Assembly (NCBI GenBank): GCA_017623235.1
Contig: JAGAPN010000033.1
Location: 13,725 to 77,724, forward strand
Length of the DNA: 64,000 nt
Origin: Clostridia bacterium
GTDB taxonomy: Bacteria > Bacillota > Clostridia > Oscillospirales > Acutalibacteraceae
Direction of reading: 5' to 3'
The notes below the pieces were generated by a model. It made no database searches. It saw nothing but the letters and a program-made list of their open reading frames with translations, and was not told the DNA's origin. Numbering within the stretch: position 1 is the first letter of the stretch; the number at the start of each line of letters is the position of its first letter. The position numbers and the translations under genes are program-made. This document shows positions 63,736 to 64,000 of this stretch, piece after piece.

Positions 63736-63794
63736 AATGGACAAAACGGTACTATCTACCAATAAAACGGTACTAAACTGCATATAAAACGGTA
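63736..63794 (-). promoter_or_regulatory. Three phased direct repeats of AAAACGGTA (21- and 22-bp spacing) upstream of the 61990..63666 operon. Candidate operator of the same regulator as at 56334-56370.
   Basis: AAAACGGTA at 63743-63751, 63764-63772 and 63786-63794. The flanks reproduce the 16-mer AATGGACAAAACGGTA and the 15-mer GCATATAAAACGGTA from the AraC-adjacent region. The proximal repeat again abuts TTGTCC on the - strand. Confidence 0.6.
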
Positions 63795-63808
63795 TTTTTA
63801 ACCAAAAA

Positions 63809-64000
63809 TTATCTTGCCGTGGCGGTGATGGTTCCCTCCATATTATCAAATAGTCTTTGAGAGCGGGGATAAAAGGTTAGGGTCAGCTTATCCTCAAGGA
63901 AAGCGGCGGTAATAAACAGAGTGCCCATATAGGTATCGGTCACCCTGGCGGCTATGGACAGGGTGCGGTCATCCACCCAGGCGGCAGAGGCGTAGCAGTC
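63809..64000 (-). CDS. 3' end of an unidentified CDS; the N-terminus lies beyond the window end
   Basis: Not in the ORF track because it is open to the edge. Manual reverse translation gives ...DCYASAAWVDDRTLSIAARVTDTYMGTLFITAAFLEDKLTLTFYPRSQRLFDNMEGTITATAR* with the stop at 63809-63811. The fragment is too short to assign a family. Confidence 0.4.
   Translation of the reverse strand, partial: DCYASAAWVDDRTLSIAARVTDTYMGTLFITAAFLEDKLTLTFYPRSQRLFDNMEGTITATAR

Noticed and set aside
1-64000. Scan for CRISPR arrays, tRNA or rRNA genes, transposases, integrases, phage genes, toxin-antitoxin or defence-system signatures.
   Set aside because: I saw none. All sizeable ORFs are accounted for by carbohydrate, transport, redox, phosphoesterase or regulatory functions. 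Intergenic regions are short except for those described.

Overview
This is a gene-dense 64-kb window with about 42 CDS. I found no rRNA, tRNA, CRISPR array, transposase or integrase. It reads as a glycan-utilisation supercluster from an anaerobic Gram-positive bacterium, probably Clostridia-like. Supporting signs are GGAGG ribosome-binding sites, lipoprotein signal peptides, dockerin modules and glycyl radical enzymes.

Content in order:
- A GH31 fragment and a sugar-acid operon (SMP-30 lactonase-like, KDG-kinase-like, SDR, UxuA-like).
- A long + strand array (5.0-40.9 kb). It holds two CUT1-type ABC importer gene sets with no ATPase and a 938-aa substrate-binding protein. It also holds an NHL/TPR/Yip1 membrane protein and a ~2000-aa membrane-anchored multi-beta-sandwich/SGNH esterase gene lying between two permease genes. 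Further genes are three paralogous right-handed beta-helix proteins, a dockerin protein, GH78-like and GH36 enzymes and an acetylesterase.
- A three-gene phosphoesterase operon (degenerate PHP, PHP, histidine phosphatase).
- A 982-aa cytoplasmic clan-GH-A-like protein.
- Two - strand operons around an AraC-family regulator. They encode three Gfo/Idh/MocA oxidoreductases, a hydroxypyruvate-isomerase-like TIM barrel, secreted dockerin proteins (one with a divergent GDPD-like domain), a secreted metallophosphoesterase, an orphan substrate-binding protein and a rhamnose mutarotase.

The most unusual content is two mutually divergent glycyl radical enzyme (GRE) plus activase pairs. No microcompartment shell genes are nearby.
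- GRE1 is unusually short (660 aa). It has a C-x-E thiyl loop and a Trp-flanked glycyl site, and it heads a glycoside-hydrolase operon.
- GRE2 (741 aa) has a GCNWMC loop lacking the Glu. It ends an operon of sugar oxidoreductases, an isomerase and a secreted GDPD-like protein.

Phased direct repeats (AAAACGGTA at ~21-bp spacing, inside identical 15-16-mers) sit upstream of two - strand operons and next to the AraC gene, which suggests a shared regulon. All functional assignments are motif-level reading of the translations. No database search was possible.
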